Shown here piece after piece: positions 22,905-36,577 of a DNA stretch of 64,000 nucleotides. Made by a program: the position numbers and the translations under genes. A model generated the notes under the pieces. The model was not told the DNA's origin, made no database searches, and worked only from the letters and a program-made list of their open reading frames with translations. Origin of the DNA: Mobula hypostoma. Lineage: Eukaryota. The DNA lies in NCBI RefSeq assembly GCF_963921235.1, contig NC_086107.1:101806001-101870000 (forward strand), read 5' to 3'. Numbering within the stretch: position 1 is the first letter of the stretch; every line of letters begins with the position of its first letter.

Positions 22905-24030
22905 CAGTTCATAGAACCATAAGAGTTATGTATTACAGAAACAACCCATTCTGCCCACCCCGTCTAAACTGACCTTTTTGCTTATCTACACTAATCCTAT
23001 TTGCCCACATTTGGTTTGTATATCCTTTCATGCCTTAAGTGTTTCTTAAGCGTAATTACTGCATCTAACTCCATCATCCCCTGTGGCAGAAACTGTGAAC
23101 ACAACTTTCCACTCAAATTCTCTTTTAAAACTCCTTCCTCACAATTTAAACCAATGTTCGCAATACAAGACTGCTCAAGCCCTGTCAGATTTTATGGGGA
23201 TCATGAGGGGACAGTCTTTTTCAAGTCCAGCCAGAAATTCTCAATTGTATTGAAGCCTGGACTCTGACTTGGCCACTCCAGGACATTAACTTTGTTGTTT
23301 CGAAGCCATCCCCGTGTAGTTTTGGCTTTATGCTTGGGGTCATTGTCTAGCTGGCAAACAAATTTTCTCCCAAGAGACTGCATCAGGTTTTCCTCCATGA
23401 TTTCCCTGTATTTTGCTGCATTCATTTTACCCTCTACCTTCACAAACCTTCCAGAGCCTGCTGCAGTGAAGCATCCCCACAGCATGATGCAGCGTGTCCT
23501 TTTATCACTACCCTCTGCTTCCTGTCAACAATTCAATATTGAATCCAATTATCTAGTGCGCTTAGGATCCCTTGTTCCTTAACCTTTTGGACCAGTCTAC
23601 CATGAGGGACTTTGTCAAATGCCTTACTGAAATCCACATAGAACACATCTACCTCCCTGCCTTTATTGTTCTTCTTAGTTACCACTCAAAAAACTAAATT
23701 AAGTTATTCAGGCAGGATTTCTATGCTGACAATTACTAATCAGCCTCAGCCTTTTCAAATGTACATAAATCCTGTCTCTTAGAGTTACTTGCCTCGAGTT
23801 ACCTAGCTTATCCCTGCAGCTTTTCTTAAATATAGGAAAAACACTTGCTATCTTCCAATGTTTTGGAACCTCACCTATGGCTAACAAAGATGCAGAAACC
23901 TCCACCTGGGTCTTCCTTGCTTCTTAGCAATCTGGGTTAGATCTCATTGGATTCTGAGGATTTATCAACACTTTTGAGTCCCATGATATCCAACACCATC
24001 CTCCTTAATACTGACCTGTTCCAGATTAAT
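22905..24030 (-). mobile_element. CR1 fragments, decayed
   Basis: 3' tail near 22910. ORF 23708-23905(-): GEVPKHWKIASVFPIFKK. Confidence 0.75.
23175..23492 (-). mobile_element. Internal Tc1 transposase fragment without TIRs, same family as 5361-7762
   Basis: MLWGCFTAAGSGRFVKVEGKMNAAKYREIMEENLMQS...DNDPKH...WPSQSPGFNTIENFW, closely matching 7108-7380. Confidence 0.9.
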
Positions 24031-24033
24031 ATT

Positions 24034-25930
24034 GTAGAACATAGAACATGAACAATACAGCACAGGAACAGGCACTTAGGCCCACAATGTTGTACCAAAC
24101 CATTTTAAATTTGTATTCAATTAGCTAGCTAAACTAATCTGCTCTGCTTACACAACGTCTGTATCCTTCCATTTTCCTCACATTCATGTGCCTATCTAAG
24201 CATCTCCTAAAATTCCCTAATGTATATGCCTCTACCACCACACCAGCTAATGCATTCCAGGTACCCACCACTCTCTGTGTATTTAAAAAAAAAACATACT
24301 CCTCACATCTCATTTGGAATTACTCCCCTCTCACCTTAAATGCCCTCTGGTATTAGACATTTCAACCCTGGGAGAAAAGATGGTATCTGTCTACTCTGTG
24401 CTTCTTCTCGTAATCTTATAAACCTCTATCAGATCTCCCCTCATTCTCCGCCAAACCAGAGAAAACAACCCAAGTTTATTCAACCTCTTGTTACAGCACA
24501 TGCCCACTAATACAGACATCTTGGTGAACCTTTTTTGCACCCTCTCCAAAGCCTCAACATCCTTCCTATAATGGGGCAACACCAGAACTGTATGTAATAC
24601 TCCAGATGCAGCCTCACTAGAGTTTTATTAAGCTGCAACAACTTCCTGACTTCTGAACTTAAATGTCTCAACTGATACAGGCAAGCATGCCATATGGCCT
24701 CTTAACCATATTTTCAATCTGTGAACTTGGACCCCAAGATCCCTCTGCTCATCAACACTTTAAGGGTCTTGCCCTTAACAGTGTACTGTCTCTTTATATT
24801 TGACCTACCAAGGTACAGTTCTTGGCTGGGTTTTACTCCGTATGCCATTTCTCTGCATATATCTGCAACTGGTCTATATCCTGTTGTTTTTTTGCCAGTC
24901 TTCTTCACTGTCCACAACATCCCCAATCTTCAATCTTCATATCATCTACAAACTTACTATCCCACCTATCTACATTTTAATACAGGCCTTAGGATTCTCT
25001 TTAATCTATTTGGCAATGCCTTTTCATGGCCCCCCTGGCTTTCTTAATCCCCTTTTCTGGCTTCTTTATAATCATCAAGAGCTCTGTTTTAATCTAACTT
25101 TCTAAGGTTTTTTTCTTTTCATTTTTCTTCTTGACTAAATTCTTCACCTCTCGACATCAAAAGTTCTCTCAACTTGCTATCCTTGTCCGTCCTTCTGACA
25201 GGAACATACCTGTCCTGTTCTCTGTGCAGTTGGCCTTTAAATACCGTCCACATGTCAGATGTGGAGTTGCCCAAAAACAGATGTTGCCAATTAACTTTCC
25301 CTAGTTCCTGCCTAATGCTCTTGTAGTTTTCCCTGCTCCAATTTCATACTCTCACATAAGGTCCTTACTTGTCTTTATCTGTAGCTATCTTTAAGTTTAA
25401 GGAATTTTAGTCACTGTTCCCTAACTGCTTACCCATTGAAAGGTCAGACACCTGGCCAGGCTCATTACCCAACACCAGGTCAAGTTCAGCCCCATCCCTT
25501 GTTCACTGTCTACATACTGATTTAATAAACCCTCCTGGATGCACAAAACAAATTCTGCCCCATCTAAACTTCTTGCACTAAAAAGGTCTCACTTTATATT
25601 AGGGAAGTTGAAGTCCCCCATGATAAATAACCCCATTGTTTTTTTCACCCTTCCTTAATCTGCCTGCATATCTATTTTTTTAATATTCTGCTGGCTATGG
25701 GGGGCGGGGTGGTCTGCAGTACAATCCCATCAGAGTGATTGTATTTTAGAGTTCTACCCATGTAGATTCAGTAGACGAGTCTCCATTATGTCCCTTCTGA
25801 GTGCAGCTATGATACTGTCCCTGATTAATAGTGCAATTTCCCCACTTCTTTTACCTCATTCTCTATCTTTTCTAAAACTTCGAAACCTTGGGATATAAAA
25901 CACCTATTCCCATCCCTCTCTCAATCAAGT
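24034..25930 (-). mobile_element. CR1 fragments (3' end, RT C-terminus, endonuclease region)
   Basis: AGAACAT-repeat tail at 24034. PHYRKDVEALERVQKRFT (24391-24582). Antisense of MGDFNFPNI near 25600. Confidence 0.8.
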
Positions 25931-26684
25931 ATTCCGAGCTCACTATTTTCCATGTCATTCTCCTAGATGAATATAGGTAAGCAATTATTTAGAACCTTCT
26001 CCACATCACCTGGGTCCACACATATAATACCCCTTTGGCCCCTAAGGGGACCCATTCTTTTTTGACTACCATGTTGCTCTGGATATACTAATGGAATATT
26101 TTGGTGATCAGGATTGCACACAGTACTCCAAGTGCTGCCTAATCAAAGATATATGCAGCTACAAAATTACTTCCTACTTGTGCTGACATTCTCAAGGAGC
26201 TGTGAACTTGGTCCCCAAGATCCCACTACACATCAGTGTTGTTAGGAGTCTTGTAGTTAACTATTTATTTTCCTCTGACATTTAACCTCCCTAAGTGCAG
26301 CTCTTCATATTACTCAGATTAAACATCTACCATTTCTCCACGCTTAACAGCAAATGATCTGTATTCTGCTGGATCCTTTAACAACTTTCTTCATTGTCTG
26401 CAACTCCACCAGTTTTGTGTTATCTACAAATGTATTAGCCAATCCATCTACATTTTCATCTGAGTTATTTAGATTTGTTATAAACAACAGAGGTCCCAGC
26501 ACCATTACCTGTGGGACAGTACTGGTCACAGACCTCCAGCTAGAAAAACACTCTTGTGCTACAGCTCTCTCCTATGAGCAATCCAATTCTGAATCCAAGC
26601 TATTAAGTCACTGAGCATTCCATGCATCTTGTACATCTTGGATCAGCTTACCGTGAAGAATCTTGTCAAATGTCTTGGTAAGGA

Positions 26685-27062
26685 TGCCAATATAATCAAT
26701 GACCCCCATCCACCCAGACATTCTCTTTTCTCTGCCATCCCCCTATTGAGCAGATGATACAAAAACCTGAAAGCATGTAACAACAGGCTCAGGGGCAGCT
26801 TCTTTCCCACTTTTATAAGACTATTGAACAGTTCCCTTGTATGATAAGGTGAACTCTTGACCTCACAATCTACATTATGACCTTCTACCTTAGTGTCTGC
26901 CTGCACTGCAAGTTTACTGTAACTGCAACACTTTTTCTGTATTCTGTTATTGTTTTTCTTTATACTACCTTGTACACTGCTGTGATGAAATGATCTGTAT
27001 GGATGGCATGCAAAACAGTTCTTCACTGTACCTCAGTGTATGTGACAATAAAAAACCAATTT
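26685..27062 (+). mobile_element. Rex1 3' fragment
   Basis: DPIHPDI...RLRGSFFP remnant and tail GTATGTGACAATAAA. Confidence 0.7.
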
Positions 27063-27526
27063 ACGGAAGTCCATGGAAACAACATCCACTGCCTTATCCT
27101 CATCAGTCACTTTCATCAGCTCCTCAAAAATCTCAAGTTTGTTAGACATGGTCTGCCCTGCGCAATGCTGTGCTGACTGTCACTTATTGGCCCATTATTT
27201 TCCCAATGTGAGAAAAATGCTTTCCTTAAGAATCCTCTCAAGTATCTTCTGATGTGGAATTCTCTAGCCTGTAATTTTCTGGATTAAACTTATTTCCTTT
27301 CATAAACAAATGAACAACCTTGTTTCAGTCCTCCAGGCTCTTACTTGTGGCTAGAAACAATACAAAAATCTTCAACCAGGTCCCAGCAATCTACTTTCTT
27401 GCCTCTCTTAATAACTTGATTCCTGATGGGATCTATTCCAGGGACTTAACTGCCCTAATGCTCTTCAAGAGACCAAACACCATCTCCTTCTTTATCTAAA
27501 AATGCCCTAATATAGTGGAATACTAG

Positions 27527-28040
27527 GCCTACAGCGGATGCAATCTCAATGGCTTGCCACTTAGCCTTGGATCACCTGGGCATAGCAATACCTACATCAG
27601 GCTACTGTTAACTAATTACAGCTTAGTGTCAAACACAAACATACTCTCAATTCTAAGAAACAAGCTCCAAAACTTCAGCCTCTGTACCTTCCTTCGCAAC
27701 TGGATCCTTGACTTACTCATCAGGAGACCAAAGTCAGTGCTTAGCCCACTGCTTTTCTCTCTCTACACCCATAGCTGTGTGGCTTGGCACAGCTCAAACA
27801 CCATCTGACACAACTATTGCAGGCAGAATTTCAGATGGTGATGATAGATCGGTTGATTGAGTGGTGTCGCTTCCCTAGCATCAAGGACACTTTCAAAAGC
27901 CAATGCCTCAAAAAGGTAGCATCTATCATTAAGAAGCCCCATCACCCAGAACGTACCGTCTTCTCATTGCTACCATCAAGAAGGCAGTACAGGAGCTTGA
28001 AGATACACACTTAAAGTTTCAGAAACCGCTTCATCCCCTG
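27527..28040 (+). mobile_element. Rex1 RT/3' fragment
   Basis: YIRLLL.NYS, NWILDLL, LSPLLFSLYTH, CLKKVASIIK.PHHP...LPSRRQYRSLK. Confidence 0.8.
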
Positions 28041-28384
28041 ATTCCAAACATAGTCCCAACTTTATCCTTGAGTTATCCTACCCTTTCCCTAATTATCCTT
28101 TTGTTTTTAATGTAAGTATAACATGACTTGGGATTCTTTTTAATCCTACTTGCCCAGGGCATTTCTTATCTCCTTTTGGCCCTCCTAACTCCCAGTTTGA
28201 GTTGTTTTGTGCTTTCTTTATTCCTCAAAGACTGGCTGATTTCAGCTTCTTAAACCTTACATATGCCTTGTTTTGATTTTGACTAAATTTAGAACATTTT
28301 GTCATCTAGATTCTTACCTTGCCAGTTTTGTCTTTCTTCCTTACTGGAACAATATAAACAGAAATATAAATGTATAGTTCTTCT

Positions 28385-28520
28385 TGTCTGGAAATGCTCA
28401 GAAGATCAGGCAATATCTTTGGAGACAGAAACAGTGTTAACGTTTCAAGTCAATAACTCTTTAACTTAATAACATTGTTCCTCCCTCCACAAATGCTGCC
28501 TTATCTGCATTCTTTGTTTT
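28385..28520. mobile_element. Penelope-derived short repeat remnant
   Basis: GGAAATGCTCAG...GAAACAGTGTTAACGTTTCAAGTC resembles 56880-56940 and 57900-57990. Confidence 0.45.
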
Positions 28521-30221
28521 TGCGATTGAGGGACATGTTGCTTGAGCAAGGCAGGGGAAGGAAACGTTGGGGTTGTTTACAGCAATAAGAAGGGCATGTG
28601 GGAAGTGACCTTGTGCAAAGAGAGAGGTTGTGTTGAATTGAGGGAATGGAAGGAAGGAATTTGTAAGAGATTAAATAAAGCAGAACATATTCTGACGTTT
28701 CATACCTAGTAGTGAAATTTGCACTATTTTCTGCTCCAGGTACTGAGCATTATGCTCCTGTCACTAATATACTCAACCATCTCAATACAGATCCTTTTGA
28801 TAGCTGCAGCAGATTCTTCTTCCCTTTCTTTTGAGGGGTGATACATTCATTCTGACCTCACTGCACCCAGCATTACTTATCATGGCAGAAGATTGAACCT
28901 GTGTATCAGTTTCCTTCCTTAGCTCAGCTATCCTAACAATTACCAATGATTATTTCACTCTTTAAAAATCCTCTTCTTCATCCTCCACTATAGAGCTGAA
29001 ATATGCCAGATACAGCATTCCAATAAGAAATCAGGAAACTTTATTTAACAGCCTGTTGCTAAAATGGACTGTGCTTGACTTGAAGATGCATATTCATCAG
29101 GCATTTGGACTTCAGACACTATTTTCCTACATCAGTCACTACTGGCCTTCACACTGATACCAGTGAGTTATTTCAAACATAATTTGAGGAAATTATTTTT
29201 AGGTAGCTTGTGCCTTTTTTCTCCACTTAGATTACAATCTTAGGGCAAGCAGCCAACCTATTATCCCTGGCAAAGCTGCAGTAAAAATCGTCTTGGAAGC
29301 AATGAAAGAACACTGCTATTTGGCACTCTTTCCAACCTTTCTCCTGTTAATTCTGTCCATTGAGAGAACTGTCAAGATTGGGATCTTTGTAAGTGAAGAA
29401 CGCCCTGCAAGTTCACAACCTAATCTCTTTGAGTGACAACATGCAGAGCCAGAATATTCCCTTCTACACTTGAATCCTTGATAGCATCTCCCAAGAGGCA
29501 GAAATGCGTGACTGTTTTGTAGTGACATAAGATTAGCATGGAAGTGTGTGTGACAGGCAAACTGCAATTAATTTTAATTGCACCAGAAGAGATTAGGAGA
29601 GGTTCAATAACTGTATATTATTCTTAGGATCTGAGAACTGGGCGAGTTATATGTAATCACTTTCTTGTACTTAAGCTCTTTCAAGTACTGATGTTATTGC
29701 ATTTATTGTCAGATTTGTTACATTTTCAAAAAAATTTATTGAAATATTAAGCTCAGTTTGCATATATCTATTGAACAGTAATAGTTGCCATTTATGTGGA
29801 CAGTGATGTGTTGCTGTTCTATCAAGCCTAATCACACTCAATTCCAATAATAATAGGACAAGTAGGTTACCCATTTCACAACCTTCTGCTGCTATTAAAT
29901 CTGAACAATTACTTGTCTGCCTGTTAAGCTGATGTAGGTCATGACTTTGTGCAGTTGTGTAAAATTTAAGATAGCAACTGGGCATATATCAATGGAAATA
30001 AAAATCACCAACTATGTTAAGTGGACTACTGACTAGATATCATTTATTTTAAATGATCACATACAGTTGTAATCTACTACAATGACCGAAGGTGTTTCTC
30101 TTCCAGATGACTTAATATACCAAGAAACTGGATTGTATTTTGTTCCCTTTTCCAGCACTACACAACTAACAATCAATGTCTGTTGCCCCAGATCAAGAAA
30201 ACAGCTTCTCCTTCTCAAACT

Positions 30222-31585
30222 GCAGAATAAATTCTATCAAATCATGATCATTTCCCCTAAGGGTTCCTTTATCTTAAACTCTCTAATCAATTCTGGTTCA
30301 TTGCACAACACCTATTCTAGAATAGCTGATCCCCTCATGGGCTCTACCACGAGCTTTCTAAAAAGCCATCTCATAGGCATTTTACAAATTCCCCCTCTTG
30401 GGATCCAGCACCAGCCTGATTTTTCCAATCTACCTACGTATTGAAACTTCTGTAACATTGCCCTTTTGACATGCATTTTCTATCTTCCCATTGTAATTTG
30501 CGGACTATATCTTTGTTACTGCTTGGAGGTCTCTATATAACTATCATCAGGGTCTTTTTACCTTTGCAGATTCTTGGCTCTAACCACAACGATTCTACAC
30601 CTTCTGATCCCATGTCACCTCTTTCTAATGATTTGATTTCGTTTTTTACCAGTCGAGCCACCCACCTCCTTTGCCTGCCCTTTTGATACAATTTGTATCC
30701 TTGAACATTAAGCTCCCAGCTATAATCTTCTTTCAGCTGCAATTCAGTGATGCCCACAATGTCATACATGCCAATCTGTAACTGTGCTACAAGTACATCT
30801 ACCTTATTCCATGTATTTAAATAAAGCACTTTCAGCCCTTTATTCATCAACCTTTTCAACTTTGCCCCCTATTAACATTGCAACTCATCCCATTGACTGC
30901 AATTTTGCCCTATCATCAGACTCCCCTTGCTAGCAGTCTAACTACATATTGCCTCTGCTTATAAACCAACCACTCCATCCACAGCCCTATCACTCCAGTT
31001 CCCATCCCCATGCCAAATTAGTTTAAACCCTCCTGAACAGCTGTAGCAAAAGTGTCTGTAAGAATATGGGCCCCTCGGGTTCAGGTGTAACCCATCCCTT
31101 TTGTACAGGTCATACCTTCCCCAGAAGAGATCTCAATGATCCAGAGATCTGAACTCCTGCCTCTTGTAGCAGTTCTTCAGCTAAATCATCCTATTCTTGC
31201 CCTCACTGGCACGTGGCACAGGCAGCAATCCAGGGATTATATTCTGGAGGTCTTGCTATTTGGCTTCCTACCTAGCTCCCTAAAATCTCTCTTCAGAACC
31301 TATGTCATTGGTGCCAATATGTACCAAGACTTCTGGCTGCTCACCTTCTCCCTTTAGAATGCTGTGGACCTGAGCCAAGAAATCTTTGACCTGGCACCTG
31401 GGAGGCAACATACCACCTGGGTGTCTTTATCGCATCCTCAGAACCTTGACTCTGTTCCTCTAACTATGTAATCTCCTATCTACACTGCAATCCTCTTCTG
31501 AGCCATAACACCAGACTCAGTGCCAGAGACCTGGTCACTGCAGCTCTCCTCTGATAGATTGACCCCTCAACAGTATCCAAAGGTA
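30222..31585 (-). mobile_element. CR1 fragment (ORF1 esterase and ORF2 endonuclease), related to 7770-9150
   Basis: LKVLYLN...IGMYDIVGITE...GKKTL (30533-30859). Antisense of IGTNDIG at about 31300. Confidence 0.85.
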
Positions 31586-32459
31586 GGTAGACCATCTGTA
31601 CTAGTCCTTCCCAAAACATGCCTTTACCTATTTTCAGGCTATCCTTGGGCAATATGAGGAGGAGCTGGTAACAACAACCCCAAGAGTAATGATGACACAC
31701 CTCTTAGCAGTGCAGAGGCTCTGCAGAGACAAGAGACTGTGATCGAGTCCAGGACTGATGAAAGACCATAGAGCTCAGGCTCTCAAATCCCAGATGCCTG
31801 TTCCCAGGCCCCTTTCCAAGAAGAGGAGTGAATGGAGGGGGGAATGACAGAGAGACAAGAAGGGGAATAGAGTGGTGAAAACAAAGAAGTCTCAGCTGAC
31901 AGCATGCAAAAGATAATAGGCTTCTGAGAAAAGTATGAGAAGGAAAGAGCAATGCAACAGACAGGAGCCAGCAACTTTTCCTCATCAGAAGATGAAGCAT
32001 GACACAGGCAGAGGAAGTGTCAAAATGGAGGGCACAAAGAGAAAGGGAGCCTATGGCCAAATACAATGAGGGAGAAATGAAGCCTGCCACCTATTAGCTA
32101 CAGGAGACAGGTATTAGCACAGAGCCTATCAACCCCTGAGAGTGGTACAAAGGCCATTAGCCCCCAGTGCCATGCAACTGGAAGTGGCACAAAGCTGCCA
32201 GCACCTATCTTTGGGAGACTGGGAGCAGCACATCATCCAATGCACCCCAGCTCTAAGAGATGAAGGGTATGAAACAATCAGAGCTACAAGTTAGAACAAG
32301 AGCACAGACTGATCTCTCTCCGTTGACACCTCCAGCATTGCCACACTTGAGAAGGACCATTCCCAGTACCTGAGCTCACAGTGTGGCAGTTCACCAAGGC
32401 TCTGGGTATGAGGGCTCAGGCTGATTGACAACAGACTGTGATCCCTGAACTCAAACTGT

Positions 32460-34640
32460 GGAAATAAAACTGGCATCTCTAAATTTGTGCAGTGTGAAGT
32501 GTACCTTGAGATGTGTTCACATCTTGCAGTAGCATATCAAGGTCAAGGCAGATGTAATTCTTTTACAAAATTATGGGCTGCCACATCACCACACCTTGCA
32601 ACTATTGGAGGTGATTATGGTGGTGATCCCAGAGGCTGTCTATATGATTAGGTTGGTGGTGTGGGATGGGACCCTGAAGGAGATAATTAGCTTCATCCAA
32701 GGAGTAGTTGACTGGTTCTATCCATTCCCTTTGCATGAATAAAGCTCCAAGAAGCAATGACTTACCAACAGAGTGGTACTCGGCTCTGTGGGACTGGATG
32801 GCGCAGACCTGCTGGAACTCTACAGTATTATACTTCGTGCTGGCAGCATGTCAGACTCCATGAGAAAGGGAATCATTGTGCTTATCAACAAGGCCAAGGA
32901 GGAGAGGGAAGACATCAAGAATTGGAAACCCATTTCACTTTTGAATATGAACTATAAGATCCTGTCCAAGGTCATTTCCAACTAAATCACGTATGCTGTG
33001 GAAAAGGTGGTACACCCAGTCCAAACTTGTTCTGTACCTGGCCAGAAAATCTCTGCTAGCCTTATGCTGCTCAGGGCTACCATTGTCTATGTGCAGGACA
33101 GAGGGCTAGGATCCTGAGAAGGCTTTTGACAGATGCATACATGATCGACATGTTCTCCAAAATGGGTTTTAGAGAGAGAGTCAGAAATTGGATAAATCTG
33201 TGCTGTACAGATATCCATAGTGTAGTTCAAGTCAATAGATGGGAAACAAGCAGCTTAACAGACCATCAAGTCTGGAGTCAGATAGTGTTGTACATTGTCT
33301 TGTTCGTGTGTTGTGCAGAACCCATCAGAAAGGACAAAAGCATAAAAGAGATGACATTGCCAGGTAATGGAGACACACGAGTCAAACATCCCTGTACACA
33401 GATGATGTTGCCATCTTCTGCTCAGATCCATAATCAGCATCTGCAACCAGTTTGAGTTTGCAGACTCAGTCACAAGAAGAGCAAAGCCATACTCTTCAGT
33501 AACTGGCCCAATTGATCCAACATCCCCTTCACTGGCAGGTCTGACTAAATAGACAATGAACCCATGAACAGTTCCTCAGTTGTTTTTCTCTCTCTTTTTA
33601 CACAACTTATTTAAGTCTTTTTATATACTTATTGTAATTTATAGTTTTTATTACCATGTATCGTAATGTACTACTGCAAAACAAATTTCACAAAAATGCC
33701 AGTGATATTAAACCTGATTCTGGTTCTGAAGTGTCACTACGTGCTAAGGTGCTGCCTGTCCCCGGAGTTGTGGAAAATGGGCTTTGCTCCGTTACTGCAC
33801 AATGTCCCAGTCAGCTGGACATTGCTGGACTAGCTGTCCTTTGTGGAAGACTTCTTCCAAGCAAACACCTTTGGCCACAAGACTATTAGACAATGGTCAG
33901 CACAGAAAGTACTGCATACACTATGGGACAAGCACACTATGGATTCTATAAGTTTCTTCCCTGAGCAAATATCCAAACCATCTGAGAGAATGCTTTATTG
34001 CACAAATCTGACCAGGAAGTACCAAGACCTCACTTGGCTGGTGGTGAGAGAGGCCCTCCCAGTCAGTGCCTTCCCTTACAGATGACATATCACCCCCCAA
34101 CATACATTCCCTTTGGGACAGCTGCAATGAAGAAAAGATGGCCACCCACATTTTTGGAGACTGTGGATTAACATATAGGGTGTAGGAAAGAATGCAAGTT
34201 CCATTTCATCCCTAGCAGCTGCTTATCAGAGATCTCTGATCTACAGACTGTTCCCAGGGACACACACCAGAACAGACATCAAGTGCTGCTGTAAGATCAC
34301 CAGCCTGATGAAGGATGCCTTTTGGTCTGCCCAAAATGTATTAGTCTTCTAACACAGTGAGATGTCTGCAAGGGAATACTGCAGACGGGCACATTTCAGG
34401 ATGCAAGAGTAGGTACTGAGGGATGATTTGAAGCTCTGTCAATCAATGCTAAGGCTCTGTGGGAAAAGACCCATAGTCTCTTTCTGTTACCACACATGAA
34501 AGGGCAGAGTTTGTAAATGTAATGACCATGACTGTAAGACTTCTTTTTTACACTGTTTCTTCCTTTGTACATATATTTGAAATATAAAGTCAATTTTAAT
34601 AAGTCTATTGTACAAGTCTTTTGATGTACATGAAGTTTAT
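32460..34640 (+). mobile_element. Tx1/L1-clade LINE remnant
   Basis: KADVILLQ (APE); MRKGIIVLINK...NWKPISLLNMNYKILSKV then VHPVQTCSVPG (RT); YQDLTWLVVREALPV (C-terminal zinc-finger region); A-rich end. A Rex1-type tail sits at about 33545-33730. Confidence 0.75.
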
Positions 34641-34649
34641 TTTTGAAAT

Positions 34650-34990
34650 AATAAAAGGCATACTGTAGATTGGGTAGATTGAATCTTTTACCCAGCATAG
34701 GAATGTCATATACTGGAGGATATGCCTTTGAGGAGGGACAGGAAATGTTAAAAGAGATGTACATGACAAGTTTTTTTTTGCACAAGAAGAGGTAGGTGCC
34801 TGAAATGGGCTGCCAGGAATGCTGGTGGAAGCAAATATAATAGTGGCATATAAGAAGCTTTTACAGGGGCATAAGAATATGCAGGGAATGTAGAAATATG
34901 GATCATACTGTATATGGACAGAAGGGATTTAGTTTAATTCATCTTCAAATTTGACACAGGCATTGTGGGTTGATGTGCCTGTTCCTGAAT
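34650..34990 (+). mobile_element. CR1 3' fragment
   Basis: Resembles other CR1 C-terminal/3' ends in this window (TTTTTTTGCACAAGAAGAGGTAGGTGCCTGAAATGGGCTGCCAG). Confidence 0.65.
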
Positions 34991-35559
34991 TCTCCCAGCT
35001 TTAGATACATTTAATGACCAAGCCTCCACAACATTTCATAGTGCTTGTCCCACATGTCCTTAGCCTGGAAGATAAAAGGGGAAAATTACTGGCTTGATTT
35101 TTTTTTTCTCCCATTTCCTTGCTATAAACTACCCACAGGTTGCAGGTCATTTCCAAAAGTGAAATATGGTCTATCATGACATGGAGACACATGAGATTGC
35201 AGATGCTGGAATCTAGAGCAAAAGACAAACTACTGGAAGATTTCAAAGATCAAACAGAAGTTCCTTCAGTTCTTTTGCTCAAGTAACACATGCTTACTTT
35301 AATGTAATTTGTGTCATCTACCAAATTGGTAATAAGAAGGCAATAGCATATACTGGAAAGGTTAGCAGATTGTGACACTAATCCTTGTACATTATTAACA
35401 GCACTGATAAATTGGATCAAGATACCCAAAGAGAAATAATTTCAACTGTTTGTGTAAAGAAAATTAGCCAAAGAGAATATAGGGATTTATGAAGATAGTG
35501 GACTTCCCATTGTTGCCCGCACCAGTGGTTGTGCTGCTAGCTAAACAAGGGTAATAAAG

Positions 35560-35745
35560 ATCTGTCCGATAGAAGTGAAATAGAGAATTAAAGTGATAAG
35601 GAACTGGAAATTCAAGGTCCCTCTTGCAGACCGAAAGGAGGTATTCTGCAGAACTATTACCCAAACTGTTTTTGGTTTCCCCAGTGTAGAGAATAGTGCA
35701 TCACAAGCACTGAATGCAAAACACTAAATTAGTAAAGGTACTGAT
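35560..35745 (-). mobile_element. Penelope-like element, GIY-YIG endonuclease remnant
   Basis: Minus-strand translation NLVFCIQCL*CTILYTGETKNSLGNSSAEYLLSV...PVPYHFNS fits the VYCI.C..C...YIGET.R.L..RF.EH pattern. Confidence 0.75.
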
Positions 35746-36577
35746 TTTCTCCTGTGGTCACTTCATTATCTCCTTAAGAGGTTTTCCTGGCTCACTGTCC
35801 ATGTTCTCTGGACTTGCATCAGAATTCCAGGACTCTTGCCTGTGATTTTAAAAAAAACCCAGCTTCCAACAAGTGTCAGAGAATTACCTTCGCACCCAGT
35901 TATAGCTGTAAACTACCCCCACAGAAGTGCAGACAGGGTTTTATTCAGGAGGGGATAGATTTAAATGTTGTTAACTACATGCAAAATTGAAACACACTGA
36001 TTAATCAGACACTGAAAACACATAGTGTAATTTTGTGTGCGGTGCTTATTAAAGATAAAACAAAAGTGGGTTAACATCCGCAAAAAAATCACCCCATTTT
36101 CTATCACAATTTAGAATAATTATCCAAACTTTTAAAAAAATATATTAAATATAGGTCATCCAAATCGTATTGCTTCTTACAATTCACCTGTTTTAAAATA
36201 GTGACAAAGATGAGTTTCCACTTAAATAATTTGGATCAGAGTAATGGAGAATATTGTCCAGTGAAAAGGCACGAATAAAGTTGCATTTATATGGCCTATT
36301 TCATAACCTTGGCTTGAAAATTTGTATTTTGATTTTAAAATAAGGAATGGAAGTGATAAGCTACAGATTATAGTAAAAACGACCACAGACTGTCAAAAAG
36401 TTCAATGGTTCATCTTCAGTGAAGAAAATTTCAGTCCCATCTGACTGGTGTATGCATGACTACATAATTTTACTCAACTCTTCATTTGCTTTTTGAAATA
36501 AACTCAGCTAAGTTTTACAAGGGCCCAGAGTAGCTGTGAAAGACATTGACCCTTCCACTGACTCTTACTTCCTGATA

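Larger units (their letters stand above)
26000..28350 (-). mobile_element. CR1 fragments, interrupted by two Rex1 pieces
   Basis: VPQVMVLGPLLFI (26344-26529). The linker region at 28050-28350 resembles 2080-2350. Confidence 0.7.

Noticed and set aside
31600..32460. Purine-rich stretch upstream of the Tx1-like remnant, possibly its ORF1
   Set aside because: No zinc-knuckle or other motif could be read, so it is left unassigned.
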